DNA from: Tubulanus polymorphus
Taxonomy: Eukaryota; Animalia; Nemertea
Reading direction: 5' to 3'
Length of the DNA stretch: 64,000 nt
Assembly: GCF_964204645.1 (NCBI RefSeq)
Contig: NC_134032.1
Coordinates: forward strand, 13,876,275-13,940,274
Part shown: piece by piece, positions 39,401-51,297 of the stretch
Numbering within the stretch: position 1 is the stretch's first letter
Layout: the number at the start of each line of letters is the position of its first letter
Notes under the pieces: model-generated
Seen by the model: the letters and a program-made list of their open reading frames with translations, nothing else
Databases searched by the model: none
What the model was told of the DNA's origin: nothing
Position numbers and translations under genes: made by a program

Positions 39401-41778
39401 CATGCTGCCCTGGTAACCGAGCCAGTCGGCGACCGTGCATTCGTTCGCCTCGACGTTTCCGCACATCGCTCCGATCGCCGGAGCGTTTCCTCCGGGCATC
39501 TGAACGTTACGACACGAGTTGAACAATCGCTGCGAGTAGTCGTCGTCGACGATGTAGTTGACGGCGCCGACCTGCGTCCGCTTGTCGACAGACTGCGACG
39601 TTTTGTTGACGCTGAGAAACTCGCTCTGATACGGATCGCACGCCAACGCGCACCACAACTTGACGAAGTTGCGGTAACACGACGGACATCGACCGAGCAT
39701 CTGTTTACCGAGTCCGATACTTTTACTCATCGAGATGATCTGCGACGGAGCGCAACAAGTCACCGGGTTCTTCAACGCTACAAAAATGAAAAAACATTTA
39801 CAGAATGAGGTACATACTACAGCCTCAGCAGCAGCAGAGGCAGCGGCGGCGGCAGCGGCAGCAGCAGCAGGTAAAACCTGTTTGGAAATTCATTATTTTT
39901 AGAGAACTGTTCTACATAAATTATTCTATCTGTTTATGTTTCCAGCATTCAATCACTCAAAAATCACTGCTTAGTTTGAAGCGCTTGTTTTTTAAATGTC
40001 ATATTGAAATAACTGCTGAAGAATGTTCCAATTTATGAATTGAAAAATATTATGAATTGAAGAATGATTTGCACTGTTAGGAGCACAAAGAAATTAAAAG
40101 GGTATATTTATGGTTAAAAAGGCTAGAATGAATGTACGCAGAGCACTGGGCCACGTTTCACAAAAAAAGTTTTACTAAAACTTTTGGTGTAATTGCCATT
40201 GGTTACTTAAACTTTAGGCGTTAACTTAACCATTTTAGGCTTAAACTTTTTTGCAAAACTGGGTCCTGGCCTTGTACAAGTAGTCGTACAATTTCAGCGC
40301 GTCTAAAAACTAACGTAGACTCTAAGTTGTGATTCATATATATAATCCCATGATATCATTTATTTTTGGCACAATTTCAACGAAGAGAAAATAACGATTC
40401 TAGTAGGAATAACTTACCAGTTCCGTTTTCATCTTTCACGTACCACGGACAGTACGTCGATAATGAAGCGATCGCGTCTTTGTCAGTTAACGGCACGGCT
40501 GCCGTGTTGTTCACGCAGTTCAACTGATGTTCGGGATTATCCGGAGCCGCCCCGCATTGATCGTACCATATACAATGACCTTCACCATTCGACTGCGCCT
40601 AAAAATAATGGAGAGAGAAATTACAATGGCCAGAAATCTGCTTAACCTCTTCGCTACCATAGGTAATGTAACACCCCTCACCAGGGCATTTTCCCATATT
40701 ATGACATATTTTCGTGTTTTGGCACTGATTCGCCATCTATGAGTAAATAGTGTAACTAAATTGAAGCAGACGATTATTTAGTACGTCTATACACCAGCGG
40801 CGTAGTGACTGACCACACCAGCAATTGTAGTAAATGAATATATTTGCGACGTGAATATACGTCGTGCGTGGTAGCGAAGAGGTTAACAACGTTTTGAATT
40901 GCTGGTTAAGATTCATATGTCCAGAGCCCGGTTCCGGCCAGCCTGGTGCCATCGTGTAACTGGGTTTTGTTTATGAAAACCTAAAACTCTAATTTCTTCT
41001 GTAAATCTGAACCCTTGACTCAGTTGTTAGAAAGTTGGTTTAAGTTAGGCTAAAAAATAATTGATACCCTGGGGCCGGTTGTATAGTCATGGCTTAGACT
41101 TAAGACCAGTCTTAGACCAACTTAGTTCTATAGACAATCTAACAACTTCGGTCAGTATTTAGATTTAAGACCACTTTTGGACTTAAGTCACGACTGTGCA
41201 ACTGGGCCCTGTTTCGCATTTCTGCCGAGTTTTTAAGTTGACCCGGCCGGGCGCTTATCTACCCTGTATATTACTTTTTTTTAAATCATGATTGACCTAA
41301 CAATAAGAGACCCGGCAATTATAGAAATGAACTGATTACAAATGTTATTAGTTTACATTAGTGACCCAGCTGTAGGAGAAACAAGGTATCAGGGTCCAAT
41401 CTAAGCACTTGTCCAATTGCCCGGGACAAGTAGGTAATCATTATCACTTGTCTGCCGGGCTAGTGCAATTTTATGCCACAAAGCTTTTTTTCCCACTAGA
41501 TACAACGGATGATAGTGCCACCAATTGGACTGCCTGTGTGGGGCAAGTAGCTTTTGGAGGGGCAAGCAAAATTTCAGATATGCTTGCCCCCCGGCAAGTG
41601 GCTTGCATTCCTTAGATCGGACCCTGAGGTATCATTTTTTAGCCATCAGACATATATAAAATAGTTATTTTAACTGTTAACACAGTAATATGTTACTAAC
41701 CTCAACTCCGACTAGAAAACACAATCCGGTCATCAAAATCCAGCCAATCATTTTGCACCCTTTGCTCTGCCGCGTCAT
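27407..41778 (-). CDS. NPC1: NPC intracellular cholesterol transporter 1, about 1342 aa, 21 coding exons
   Basis: Exons 41778-41701, 40598-40418, 39777-38913, 38487-38308, 37335-37209, 36789-36551, 35919-35643, 33928-33797, 32870-32688, 32593-32482, 32373-32246, 32152-32015, 31119-30839, 30522-30398, 29875-29737, 29655-29597, 29058-28917, 28643-28412, 28309-28196, 27882-27720, 27540-27407; total 4029 nt. Cys-rich N-terminal domain (CIWYDQC, RCPSC), PFYRTEQ, sterol-sensing domain [41 protein letters not shown]. Confidence 0.96.
28672..28868. repeat. 29-bp minisatellite with an 87-bp higher-order pattern (NPC1 intron)
   Basis: Unit ggacatgttacatgtgagaatgagcagac. Confidence 0.9.
29308..29538. 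mobile_element. Inverted pair of ~45-bp Penelope-like termini, each with a degenerate minimal hammerhead
   Basis: The + copy at 29494 reads gCTGAAGAagacctggatatcGAAAtgtccaaaaataaagaagat. The reverse complement of 29308-29352 reads gCTGAAGAaggcctgagtgtcGAGAcgtcttaaaataaagaagat. Confidence 0.55.
30581..30742. mobile_element. Short inverted-repeat element with tRNA B-box-like ends (related fragment ~47832-47892)
   Basis: Ends agggatttgaacctgatggcat / atgctatcaggttcgaatccct. Confidence 0.5.
32374..32481 (-). other. Non-canonical GC-AG intron of NPC1
   Basis: The donor TTAG|GCAAGT is needed to join ...[14 protein letters not shown] in frame. Confidence 0.85.
33992..34128. mobile_element. Harbinger-like MITE family B with CWG target duplication (other copies ~29170-29303, ~33025-33286 as a tandem pair, ~36180-36476, ~37564-37704, ~37882-38200, 41072-41208, 54783-54920)
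   Basis: cag|gggccagttcca ... tgcaactggccc|cag. The same 3-bp duplication is seen at 54783-54920 (CAG) and 41072-41208 (CTG). Confidence 0.85.
35189..35526 (+). mobile_element. Penelope-like remnant: perfect 32-bp terminal inverted repeats enclosing a hammerhead core
   Basis: Inverted repeats at 35189-35220 and 35495-35526. Core CTGATGA-t-GGCTAAC-agtt-GTTAGCC-GAAA-CGTC at 35423-35456. Confidence 0.65.
37084..37205. repeat. 32-bp G-rich minisatellite abutting an NPC1 donor
   Basis: Unit gagtgggctatggagggagggccaggggttct. Confidence 0.9.
40646..40882. mobile_element. piggyBac-like MITE, 237 bp
   Basis: TTAA|cctcttcgctacca ... tggtagcgaagagg|TTAA. Confidence 0.85.
41048..41644. mobile_element. 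Family C MITE with two nested insertions: family B (41072-41208) and a CAGGG-ended element (41390-41626, AGGTAT duplication)
   Basis: Removing both inserts restores a sequence collinear with 21242-21461. Confidence 0.85.
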
Positions 41779-42862
41779 GACGACAATACTCCAAATCAAT
41801 AAACTAATTAATCGATGAATTATTAACTCAATTAAGAAACATGAATGTCGAAAATAGAGACGACTTTAGAATTTGTAGTCGACGAATCACATGAACCCGC
41901 GGTAGTGTGGAATGCTTCAATAATGACTAGTCTCAGATCAGCAGATCACAAAGTCCAAGTTAAAGAGGAACAAAGTTCAACAATGTTATTCAGCACAGCA
42001 CATTGATCTCTAACTCTGTCTCTTGTGTGATCTCAGAATTATCCGACTTCTAGGTCAAATCTCAATTAGTAAAACAATTCAGGGCTATTCATTCGTCCAA
42101 CCTGAAAAAAACGAAAAAAATTATTAATCATGATTAATGTAGCCTATCATCATTAACCAAATGCAGATTCTTTTTCTTACTCTAGACTTTTGACGCAGAC
42201 GAGCACACTCCAAAAAAAAGCTGCAGTTTGCTGGAGGATCTTAGAAATTGAAAGACCTTTTTTAATGATTAAAATATATTTCCGGCAACCTGTCTGCATG
42301 ACATTTGCTGATACGAAGATATATCATGAATAATAGTCTCAAAAATCTCGATAAGCGAAATACAAAACATGGAGCACCTGTCTAGCCTACAGGCTTTACA
42401 TCAAAAACTGATAGTTATACACTGAACTAGGCCTATGATCATATACACTCTTCCCTACTCACTCAAACTCAACTGATGAACAAACAGCAAAATGTGGATG
42501 TGAAGACTGGCATTGATCTTTGCAGAGTAATCATTTTAAAAATGCATTCCTATCGATTGTAGCAGGCCGGGATTAATTGAGAGGTCAAAAATTCGTTACG
42601 TTTATATAAGCAGTATTTTCAAAAACAAATAAATGTTGATTGGATTTAACTTGATCGTTCGTTACTCTTCTCGGAGGATACGGAGGTTTTTCGTCTGCAC
42701 GAATCTTCGACAAACGGATCCTAGATAAGAAATATATATATATATCAATACTGACCTCTCAATATTGAACATTGGGAACAACTGTTGATCATTAGTTTCG
42801 GTGTTTATGGCGAGATCAAAGCGGAATCCAGGAAGTGAATGAATATCGTACGATCACGATCA

Positions 42863-42884
42863 GTCACATGATAGGTCACATGAT
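42863..42884 (-). promoter_or_regulatory. Tandem CLEAR/M-box-like E-boxes (GTCACATGAT x2) in the putative NPC1 promoter
   Basis: Copies at 42863-42872 and 42875-42884, upstream of a putative non-coding first exon (donor at 42756, acceptor at 42101). An ETS-like caggaagtg lies at ~42828. Confidence 0.6.
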
Positions 42885-44489
42885 CTGCCGATCCTGGACA
42901 TATTCGATTTTACTCGTCCATAAACACTACTTCAAAACATTGATGATGCTCAAAAACAGACTGCGGAGTTTCGTCTTGAGATATCTGTAATAGCATAAAG
43001 TGTGAATGAAAATATATCAAAACTGCCAAAAATTGCTAAAAGAGTTCTTCAGTTCTCTATCGGAACTGTAACATTCGCATTCGAATAGGCTCTGGTACAC
43101 ACTTGCCAGCAATCCACTCTAATAAAAAATTTCCAGTCTCGTGCTGCCTCCAGGTATATCGTTAACGACAAAATTGTGAACTAACCTATTATCCACTTGC
43201 CGCAGTGGGAATATTGTGCTTTCGGATTAGTTCACAAATTTACCGCTAATGAAAAGTATAGAGGCAGCACATGAGGGTCATTAGCTGTTACTGGCGGCTC
43301 GACGGGCCAACTAGAGCAGAATTTTTTTAGTCTTTCAAAGCTGCTCAATCAAATAACCTTTAGCTGTTGCTCCATTTTTATATATCATCCAACAATGAAT
43401 TTACCTTCACTTGCGTCTCAGCTGTCCTGGTCATGAGAATAAAAAATGGACAAAATTGACTGAAGGAACAAGGCAAACAAACCACTGGATCAGTTAGCTA
43501 AGAAATTTGGATAGCCCAGGGGTCCCTGCGTATTTTTCATGTTAAGAATTGATCTAGAATTTTTCAATTCGTCCATAATTCAAAGAATCATCATCACTTA
43601 TGAAACATGGGTTGGTTTTATCTGATCAGATAAAGATCATTATTAAGCCCCTTCATTCTAACAAAAAAAAATTATGCTGTAATTTATTTATCTTTATTTT
43701 ACAATTCTACAAATTGTATTCACACACAAATAGCTTACAATGAAATGAATAAATAAATAAAACTAAAAGTGAAAAATAAAAACAATTTTTAGATTATTGT
43801 CTCTAGCCTGAATTTTTTCAAAAATAATAACACTTTCTAGGCTAGAATTTCAAGGATTTCACCAACTTAAAATGTGCTTAACCCAATGTCCTTAAACCTA
43901 ATACCCTAACCTAAACCAAGCTTACAATCATTTATATTTTTCCTTCTATGACTCTATTCAACCTGAACAAGGGCTGTCATTTTCTAAGCAGAGACAGTTA
44001 TAATCAATGATTTATGACCATTTTTGTTTTGAAATCTGCCCAACTGGGCGCTAGAAATTTTCATTAATTACCCCTATCAAAATGCCTTTAGTTGCAGAGT
44101 CGACCTACACCTAACTAATGTAAATGGTCCCTGTCAATCAAAGATAACAACAATGCTGCAAAGAAAACAGCCCTTATCTAATAACATTTGAACATAATCA
44201 TTTTTTTACAAAAGAATATTTCGCGAATGATTTTGATAATGAGTCATGATTTTTACGACGGACAGCATTTTTCATGTATTCTAAATATTGTTCAGCAGTG
44301 GAATGTGTAATAAATAGCCTCGAAAATAAATACCTTTTTAGGGATGTTATTTTCGATGGCATTATATAACGACGATGAAATTCGAAAATTTTTTTCTTCC
44401 TTTTCTGGTTTTCTTAAATGTAATTTTCCTAATGACAATGAAGATGATGATGACGATGATGAAGATCTCTTTCTCGTTTTCTGGTTTTC

Positions 44490-47400
44490 CTAATTTGCTT
44501 TTCCTAATTCGATTTTTTTTTGTATAGCGCGGGACGAGTGATAGATGAAAGAGTCGATAAGCCCGGCGACCGTAAAAACACCGCCAATAATCGCGCAAAC
44601 TCCCGTTAAAAAATGCAAAAAAGACCTGAAAATATTGAAAATTAAAAACATTTTTAGGAAATTTATTTCAGTTAAGCTTTTCTTGGTAGGATCTTTTAAT
44701 TGGAGGAGGCTTTTTTTTACAAGTTATGTGAGGCTCACTTAACTATCAAAAAGAGGGACAAAGATGATGTTTGTCCAAACGTTTTCCAAAAGTAGGACTT
44801 GGAAGGATCGCTGTCAACCCAGTGCGGGTAGAACTTTACCATTGCAATTATTGTGAAATTCGACGCACGTAACTAATGATAATTTTAATGAATTGTTGGG
44901 TGCGATTCAAGAATATGGGACTATAGCAATATATATGCAGTGATAGTTATCAAATAAGTAATAATAATAATAGTAATTGATAATGATGATACATAATGAT
45001 AGTAATATATATAGTAATTAATGAGGATTAGGGAACTAAACCTAACCTAAACCTAACCACTAGTCCCCTATTCTTGAATCTTACCAAGAGAGATTACAAA
45101 AATGTTTTACCTTCGTTTTTCAGTATATTTTACCATCATCGGTGATAGTTCATACTGTACGAATACCCCGGGTAGACCGTGCTCACCAGCGCCACCAAAC
45201 GTGGTCGTCACCTTTTTCTTATGTTTAGTTACTGAATACTGATTCGTGTAAACAGTCTGAAAATTAAATCACATATTTCATTGATCGGTATAAAAAATCA
45301 ATCTAAAATGTCCAAAATTTTGAAGGCAGAGCGGGCCCTCCTTAGTCATATTTTAAGTGAATTGAAATTCACTTTGAGTCCTTTTCCAATTTCAAAATAT
45401 AATCTTACGTTTCCATTTGCTTTTACGTATGTTGTCGGTACAATTTTCACAAAATATTGATACATCAGAGATTCTGAAAAATAGAAAGTTGATTTTTAAA
45501 ATTAAGTCGGGATTCGAACCCGATCGGTGCAGAAACATGCTGTGGTAAGTGAGAACTCAGAACTGTCATGGCGGACCGCTACTAAACGAACCGACAGAAA
45601 TTGTACTTTATTTCATCGAATTAAAGCGCATTGAGTGAGTGTACAATCAAATTAATCCAACACAGGCAAGCGGGTTTAATAAAACAGCCCTCTAACGTTA
45701 TCGAACTGAAAAGACATCGTCCATGTTTCACATAAGAATGCGTCGAAATAGCCAGTAACACCGCATTGCGATACTAGCGCCACCAGTAGACGAAGATAGA
45801 CATTAAGCCCATATCAGTCGTGGTCGAAGCCAATAAACCTTGAGTCTCTGTCCAATCCATCATCACAAACCCTTAAAAACCTGCCTAGGAAGAAGTTTGC
45901 ACCCTCCTCTTCTCGCCAACGGTTGGGGTTGATTTAAATCACTAATTTTATCCCAAATAACCGTATGTAGTGTTTCATATTTTTCAGTTAGAGTGATAGA
46001 CATGCCAGCACCGCCCCCTAGTGCGTATACGACTCAACACGGAGGAGGGCAGCCGAGCTGTTTCTCAAAGATGAAAATGGGTTTCATGATTGGATTTTGC
46101 GTAGGAATGGCTTCGGGAGCTCTATTTGGAGGGTTCTCCTGTTTAAGGTAAGATTCCGGATCCCGATCCATCCAGCTCTATCATTGGTTCTTCACTACAG
46201 TCAACCCCTGATATACATCGGTGCAGAATGATTTTGGCGGTACACAGAGTATGGCGGTATATCGGGGGTGTTTTACTATGTATTTGTATAGAGATGTACA
46301 TTGAGAAAACCTGGTGGTAGGCGGGGTGGCATCCTCGCTTGCCAGGGGTCCGGTATCACTCCCGAACTCGCTTCCACCAGCCTCACGACTCGCGATTTCA
46401 TTACTGGCGCTTTTGCGCATGACGTCATATATCAACACGCGACAATACTCCCGCGTTCGCTACGTGTTCGCTGATTGGTCCATTTACCGGGAAATTCCAT
46501 AGATGCCTAATGTCGTTTGTAACAAGCGCTGTTATTGGTACGACCGGATTCTGGTCGGCTAGTAACGACTCCAACGACTCGTGAGGTCAAGGGGTTCGGG
46601 GAATGGCTTTAGCAGAGTGGGTTCGAATCCCTTGACGGGTGAAGATGGCGGGGTGGTGGATATCGGGGGTTGACTGTACTTATGAATTATTTGGCCTTAT
46701 TGTTTCGGTCATATGTTTCAATTGACTAAAACTGAAATTATGAAACAGTTTGTTTGAGATTTATTTATGATTCTACTCCAGATACGGAATGAGAGGTCGC
46801 GAATTGGTGCAAACGGTCGGTAAAACGATGGTTCAAGGAGGAGGGACGTTCGGTACATTCATGGCTGTCGGTACCGGTATAAGATGCTAGTCGGCATGTG
46901 ACCAACAGTGGATACTCGCACTAAACCACATCACTCACAGGACTAAATTCGAACCAGTGCTAGCAGTTAGGATTTAAAGACTTTCGTTGTCGAGCGTAAT
47001 CAGGAATTTATGATTTGTAAAAAAGTATTATTTGTAAAAATACATTTAGCAATTTATTTCATTTGATCGTTTAAATTTCTTTGTCAATTTCAACGAACTT
47101 CGAGGGAAGGAAAGTCTGTTTTCAATAAGCAGTTTGGACTCAACAACTACTGCCTCCTGTGTTCAGTACTTTCGCACAAGACATTTTTGATTGTAAATGA
47201 TCTAGAAACACGAGACATTTTATCAACACACTTTCAAACACTGATTGTCCACACTTCACATGTGTTCAGGACTTCACCCGAGTCATTTTAATTGAAAATT
47301 AACTAGAAACACCCAGATATTTAGGCTGGCTCATGGCGACGACACGCAACTCAGCGCCTACCGACGCAACTGGGTTTATCGCTGATTAGCGGCGAACTCA

Positions 47401-50400
47401 ACAACAATGGAATCAATTGGTAGATTTAGCCCCCTCACCCTCACTGGCTCACCTTCTTCTGAGACAATAACATCTGATTCTAGAGGATTCACTAATCCCG
47501 GGTATTCCTCACCGAATGACAATTTATAAATTGTATGAGACATATTAAACTGAAATTAGAGAAGACAAATTCTTATTTCATTGTGAATGAAATCACGAGA
47601 TACCTGCCCTGATACTCGATACTTACTTTAACACCAGCCAATGATTGTAAATCGTGAACGTGTACGTGACTTTGTTGAAAACTTTTACCGGGAGCAAAAT
47701 GAAAATTACCGGCCACCTGAAAAAACATCAACAAATCAATTCATACGTTATCAAAATATTCATAAATACTGCTATTACATTTCAGAGCCTCACAGTTCGA
47801 GTTTCAACTCACAACTGTGGAACTGGATCCCGGTCTAGTGTGGCAGGGGTTTGTGCCATGGCTGAGTGTAGCGATGCCATCAGGTTCGAATCGTCAACTG
47901 TCATTCAACTGGAGTCAAATTTTAACCCATTATTTATCGACCCGTCTCCACAATTACCTTATTTACTAATAAATATCCGTACAGTCGACAGCCTTCTTTT
48001 TTTTCCAGTTGTATTTTCTCGGCGTAGCCCTCACGTGAACACTGTATGATTGATTCAGGACTCGTAAACGCCCAACCTTTCTTACGATACGCTTCCCTCA
48101 CATCCGCGCATGTATTACAGCATCTCAATGATAAATTCATGAAAATTACATAAATCTAGTTTTTTTTTTCAAATTTCTGTTCAAAACTTCACTCTTTTTA
48201 TTGCACTCTCAGTTGATACAGGGGGCTAATTGTTTAACAGTACCCGGCCACCTGCTATTACAGGGACAATCTTGATTCTACCAGAAAATATTTCCACTTG
48301 ACTGTCAGTGAAGATTCTAATTCAGTAAAGAAATCTTTCTTAAGAAGTAAAATCTTTCGCAAAAATAATTTTCCTTATTTCGACGATATTTCAATTCTAT
48401 GCATTAATTAATTGTTTAAAAATCTTCACCACAGCATCACATTTGGTCAGAAATCCGAGGACCGTTTTTTCTTTTGATTTCCAATGACAGATGTTAAAAT
48501 TGATGTGAACATCTGCATTAGCAGGTGACACCAGCTACAACCACACAGTCTGTGTGTGTGACACACGCAACATGTGTTAGTACAACCAGTCAGTAAATTC
48601 ATACATATATCCTACTGTTTTATCCATTGTAACAATTATCAAAATATCCACCTCAAACTATGCCTCATTTTGTATGAAATAAAGTTGTAAAATATAGTTC
48701 TCACTTTAAATGTATTCACTTAATAAAGTGGAACCTCCTGTGGCTCGGGCCCCCTATTTTTTGCCAAAGATAACATTTTCACAACCTTGCTGAAGAAAGC
48801 TGCGGCAAACAGCAGCAAATAAATGCTGGTCACTTAGTTTTGAAAATGAACAATTTTCAATTTTTTCTTTTTTGGGGAGGGGGGTCACTTAGTTTTGGGA
48901 TTACTCCAGATGCTCGGAAAATGAACAATTTTCAATTTTTTCTTTTTTGGATAGGGGGGGTCACTTAGTTTTGGATTCACTCCAGATGCTCAGAAAATTA
49001 ACAATTTCTAATTTTTTAAGGGCTTCATTCCAGCGTATTTGACGCTAAAAGGTGTCGGAATTCACTTACTTCATTACAGCATTTTCCGCTCCGTAGCACG
49101 ATTCACATCGATTCGGATCCAACGGTTTCTCCTGAAGATGATGAAAAATAAAATAAAAATATCAAACACCTTCGCGGAATCCGATTCAACACGATCAATT
49201 TTAGAGTTTGTTTTTAATTCTTCAATTTTTTCACGCTTACCAAAGGATCATTAGTTTCCTTTTTATCACTACCAACAGCTGAAAATAAAGTTTAGACAAA
49301 TTACTACTTTCGATTTTAGAATAAAATTTTTACATTTTTTAGACCCGGTTCTAAAATTCACAGTTAATCCTAAATCTATTTAAGAGTTGATCCTTCTTTG
49401 TGAAACAGGATCAGTAGTCAGTGAAAACCTAGTTTCATAGTTTCATTCACACCTGACGATGATTTCTAGGGTGAGATCGAAACGTCGTGTTTATTATATA
49501 TTTCAGATTGTTCGAAAAAATAATTCTTGATTTTAAATTCTTTTAATCTGTAGATAGTGGGTTTTTATCTTTTTATACTTTCATTGTTTTATGAATTTCT
49601 CATAGAATACATACTCTGAACGGCAGGAGGTTCGTCGGTGACCTGTTTACCGTTGATGTCTAAACGAGTTTTGAACAGATTTGCAGCGACGTCGATTTGC
49701 TGTTCGCCCGATACGTCCATAGCATCAATCGTTAAAACTGTAAAACAATCCGGTCAATAGTTACCGGTGTTCGGAGACGGACTAGTGTCTATTCCAACTC
49801 GAGGGTGTCGGATGGCCTAGCTCAGTCAGTTTTACTGGTACATAGGCCTACCTGATACAGACCCTTAAAGGACCAGAATCGGCTGGCAGTTCAACTAAAA
49901 CATCAATTTCACTGATTTCAAAATCGAACCCCCTGTTTCGCTCCCGGCAGGTGTGGTGGGTCTGTAAGGGACACTCAATCGAAAAATCAAACGAAATTTA
50001 CCAAGCAAATTAATAAATAACAGGGACAATCCCTATTTTAAGATCAAAAAAAAAATTTTTTTAATCCATTCTACTCAGTTTTGAAGGATTGCAAAAAGTC
50101 TTCATTAAGTCGGGTTGAAGAAAAGTGACCCGATGATTTGAACGTGTCACAACATGTTTCCACACCTACAAACTGTAATTTTCCGATGATTTGAAAAAAA
50201 ACTTCAGTTGGTAGAAATGGAGACATGTATTGTTAAACATGATCTCTTTAAGAAAACGGTTTTCTTTTACCGAGACAACCCTATTAGAAGCAGAATTTTT
50301 GGCAGTGTTTCAATACAACGTAAAATGTATCAAAACGCTTTCTATGTTTCTGTTGAACCTCTTAGCTGGTCCTTACGGCCTATATCAGGTGCATGCTATG

Positions 50401-51224
50401 AAAACTGACTGAGCTTGGTCACACTTGACGTCCTTTCAAGCAAAGTTTTAATAGAATACAAATGAGAAATACTTACAAGAACAGGCGACTTTAGGAAACG
50501 TAACGTCAACGTTGATTTTTAGTTTTTTCTCTCTCATCACGTCGACGAATAATTCCGGCTGAACTTCGGTCGTCAGGTAGAAGTTCAATTCCGATAAAAA
50601 CAACGTCAACATCAGAATTCCGCTGACGAGTGTCACTATAGAAATATCATAGAATAACTACTTACTGACCACGTTCTTGGTTTGAGAACAGGGGACAGTT
50701 GCTCAAAAGTTGCTTAAAGATAACCGGTGGATATATACCATAAGTATTTCATCCGGTTCCCCATTGAATCAATGAACACTTATAATTTCAACAATCTAAG
50801 CAGCAGAAACCCTAATTAGATAGGAGGGAGGACTGGTCACTGACACTGGTTGAAAAAATCCTAATTTTTGTTGAGACGTTGCCAGACAGCGGGCAAAACC
50901 AGCCACGTCAAGTATCAATGACAACCCCCCTCTCTACTATATAGGGCGCCTGGCTAGTTATGACAAGTCCCTGTGAACAGGTTGAGCTGGTCTAGAGAAT
51001 GGGAGTAGAGGAAGAATGTAATTTTACTCGAGCAAAAACCGGTAACAGGGAACGGTACAAAAATCTAGATGAATAAATAAAATGTATTTGATTGAAATTG
51101 AATGTTTGTTTTTTAGGTAATTACCGGCCGCTCCGGAGAAAGTTTTCACTCTAAAATCCTCAAGTGTTTTAGGATAGGCGTCGAACTGACGCAGACGACT
51201 CATCACACTCGAGCTTGAATCCAT
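44490..51224 (-). CDS. ERGIC3: ER-Golgi intermediate compartment protein 3, 393 aa
   Basis: Exons 51224-51125, 50635-50477, 49737-49615, 49278-49241, 49131-49070, 48123-47958, 47716-47627, 47549-47453, 45473-45409, 45256-45111, 44625-44490. Motifs: [78 protein letters not shown]. Confidence 0.96.
46002..46890 (+). CDS. ROMO1: Reactive oxygen species modulator 1 (Mgr2 family), 84 aa, nested antisense in ERGIC3 intron 8
   Basis: Exons 46002-46147 and 46782-46890 translate to [85 protein letters not shown] 5' UTR acceptor lies at 45987 and an upstream donor at 45545. Not in the ORF track. Confidence 0.95.
46198..46676. mobile_element. Tc1/pogo-like MITE, 479 bp, in the ROMO1 intron (related end fragment ~54615-54725)
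   Basis: TA|cagtcaacccctgatat ... atatcgggggttgactg|TA. Confidence 0.8.
49449..49490 (+). ncRNA. Minimal type-I hammerhead ribozyme motif (Penelope-type), core intact
   Basis: acac-CTGACGA-t-GATTTC-tagggt-GAGATC-GAAA-CG-TC^-gtgt: 4-bp stem I, 6-bp stem II with one G-U pair, palindromic ACGT stem III, GUC cleavage triplet ending at 49486. Confidence 0.7.
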
Positions 51225-51288
51225 TTTAATCTAGAAATCAGTTAAAATGCCGAAAAACAGAGAAAATCGTCGTGGATTTCCTCGAGTA

Positions 51289-51297
51289 CGCATGCGC
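51289..51297. promoter_or_regulatory. NRF1-like element in the ERGIC3 promoter/5' region
   Basis: CGCATGCGC about 65 bp upstream of the ERGIC3 ATG. Confidence 0.4.

Noticed and set aside
45506-45523. tRNA gene suggested by cgggattcgaacccg (similar motifs at 15150, 30730, 46620, 47883)
   Set aside because: Only a T-arm/B-box-like fragment; no cloverleaf could be built.
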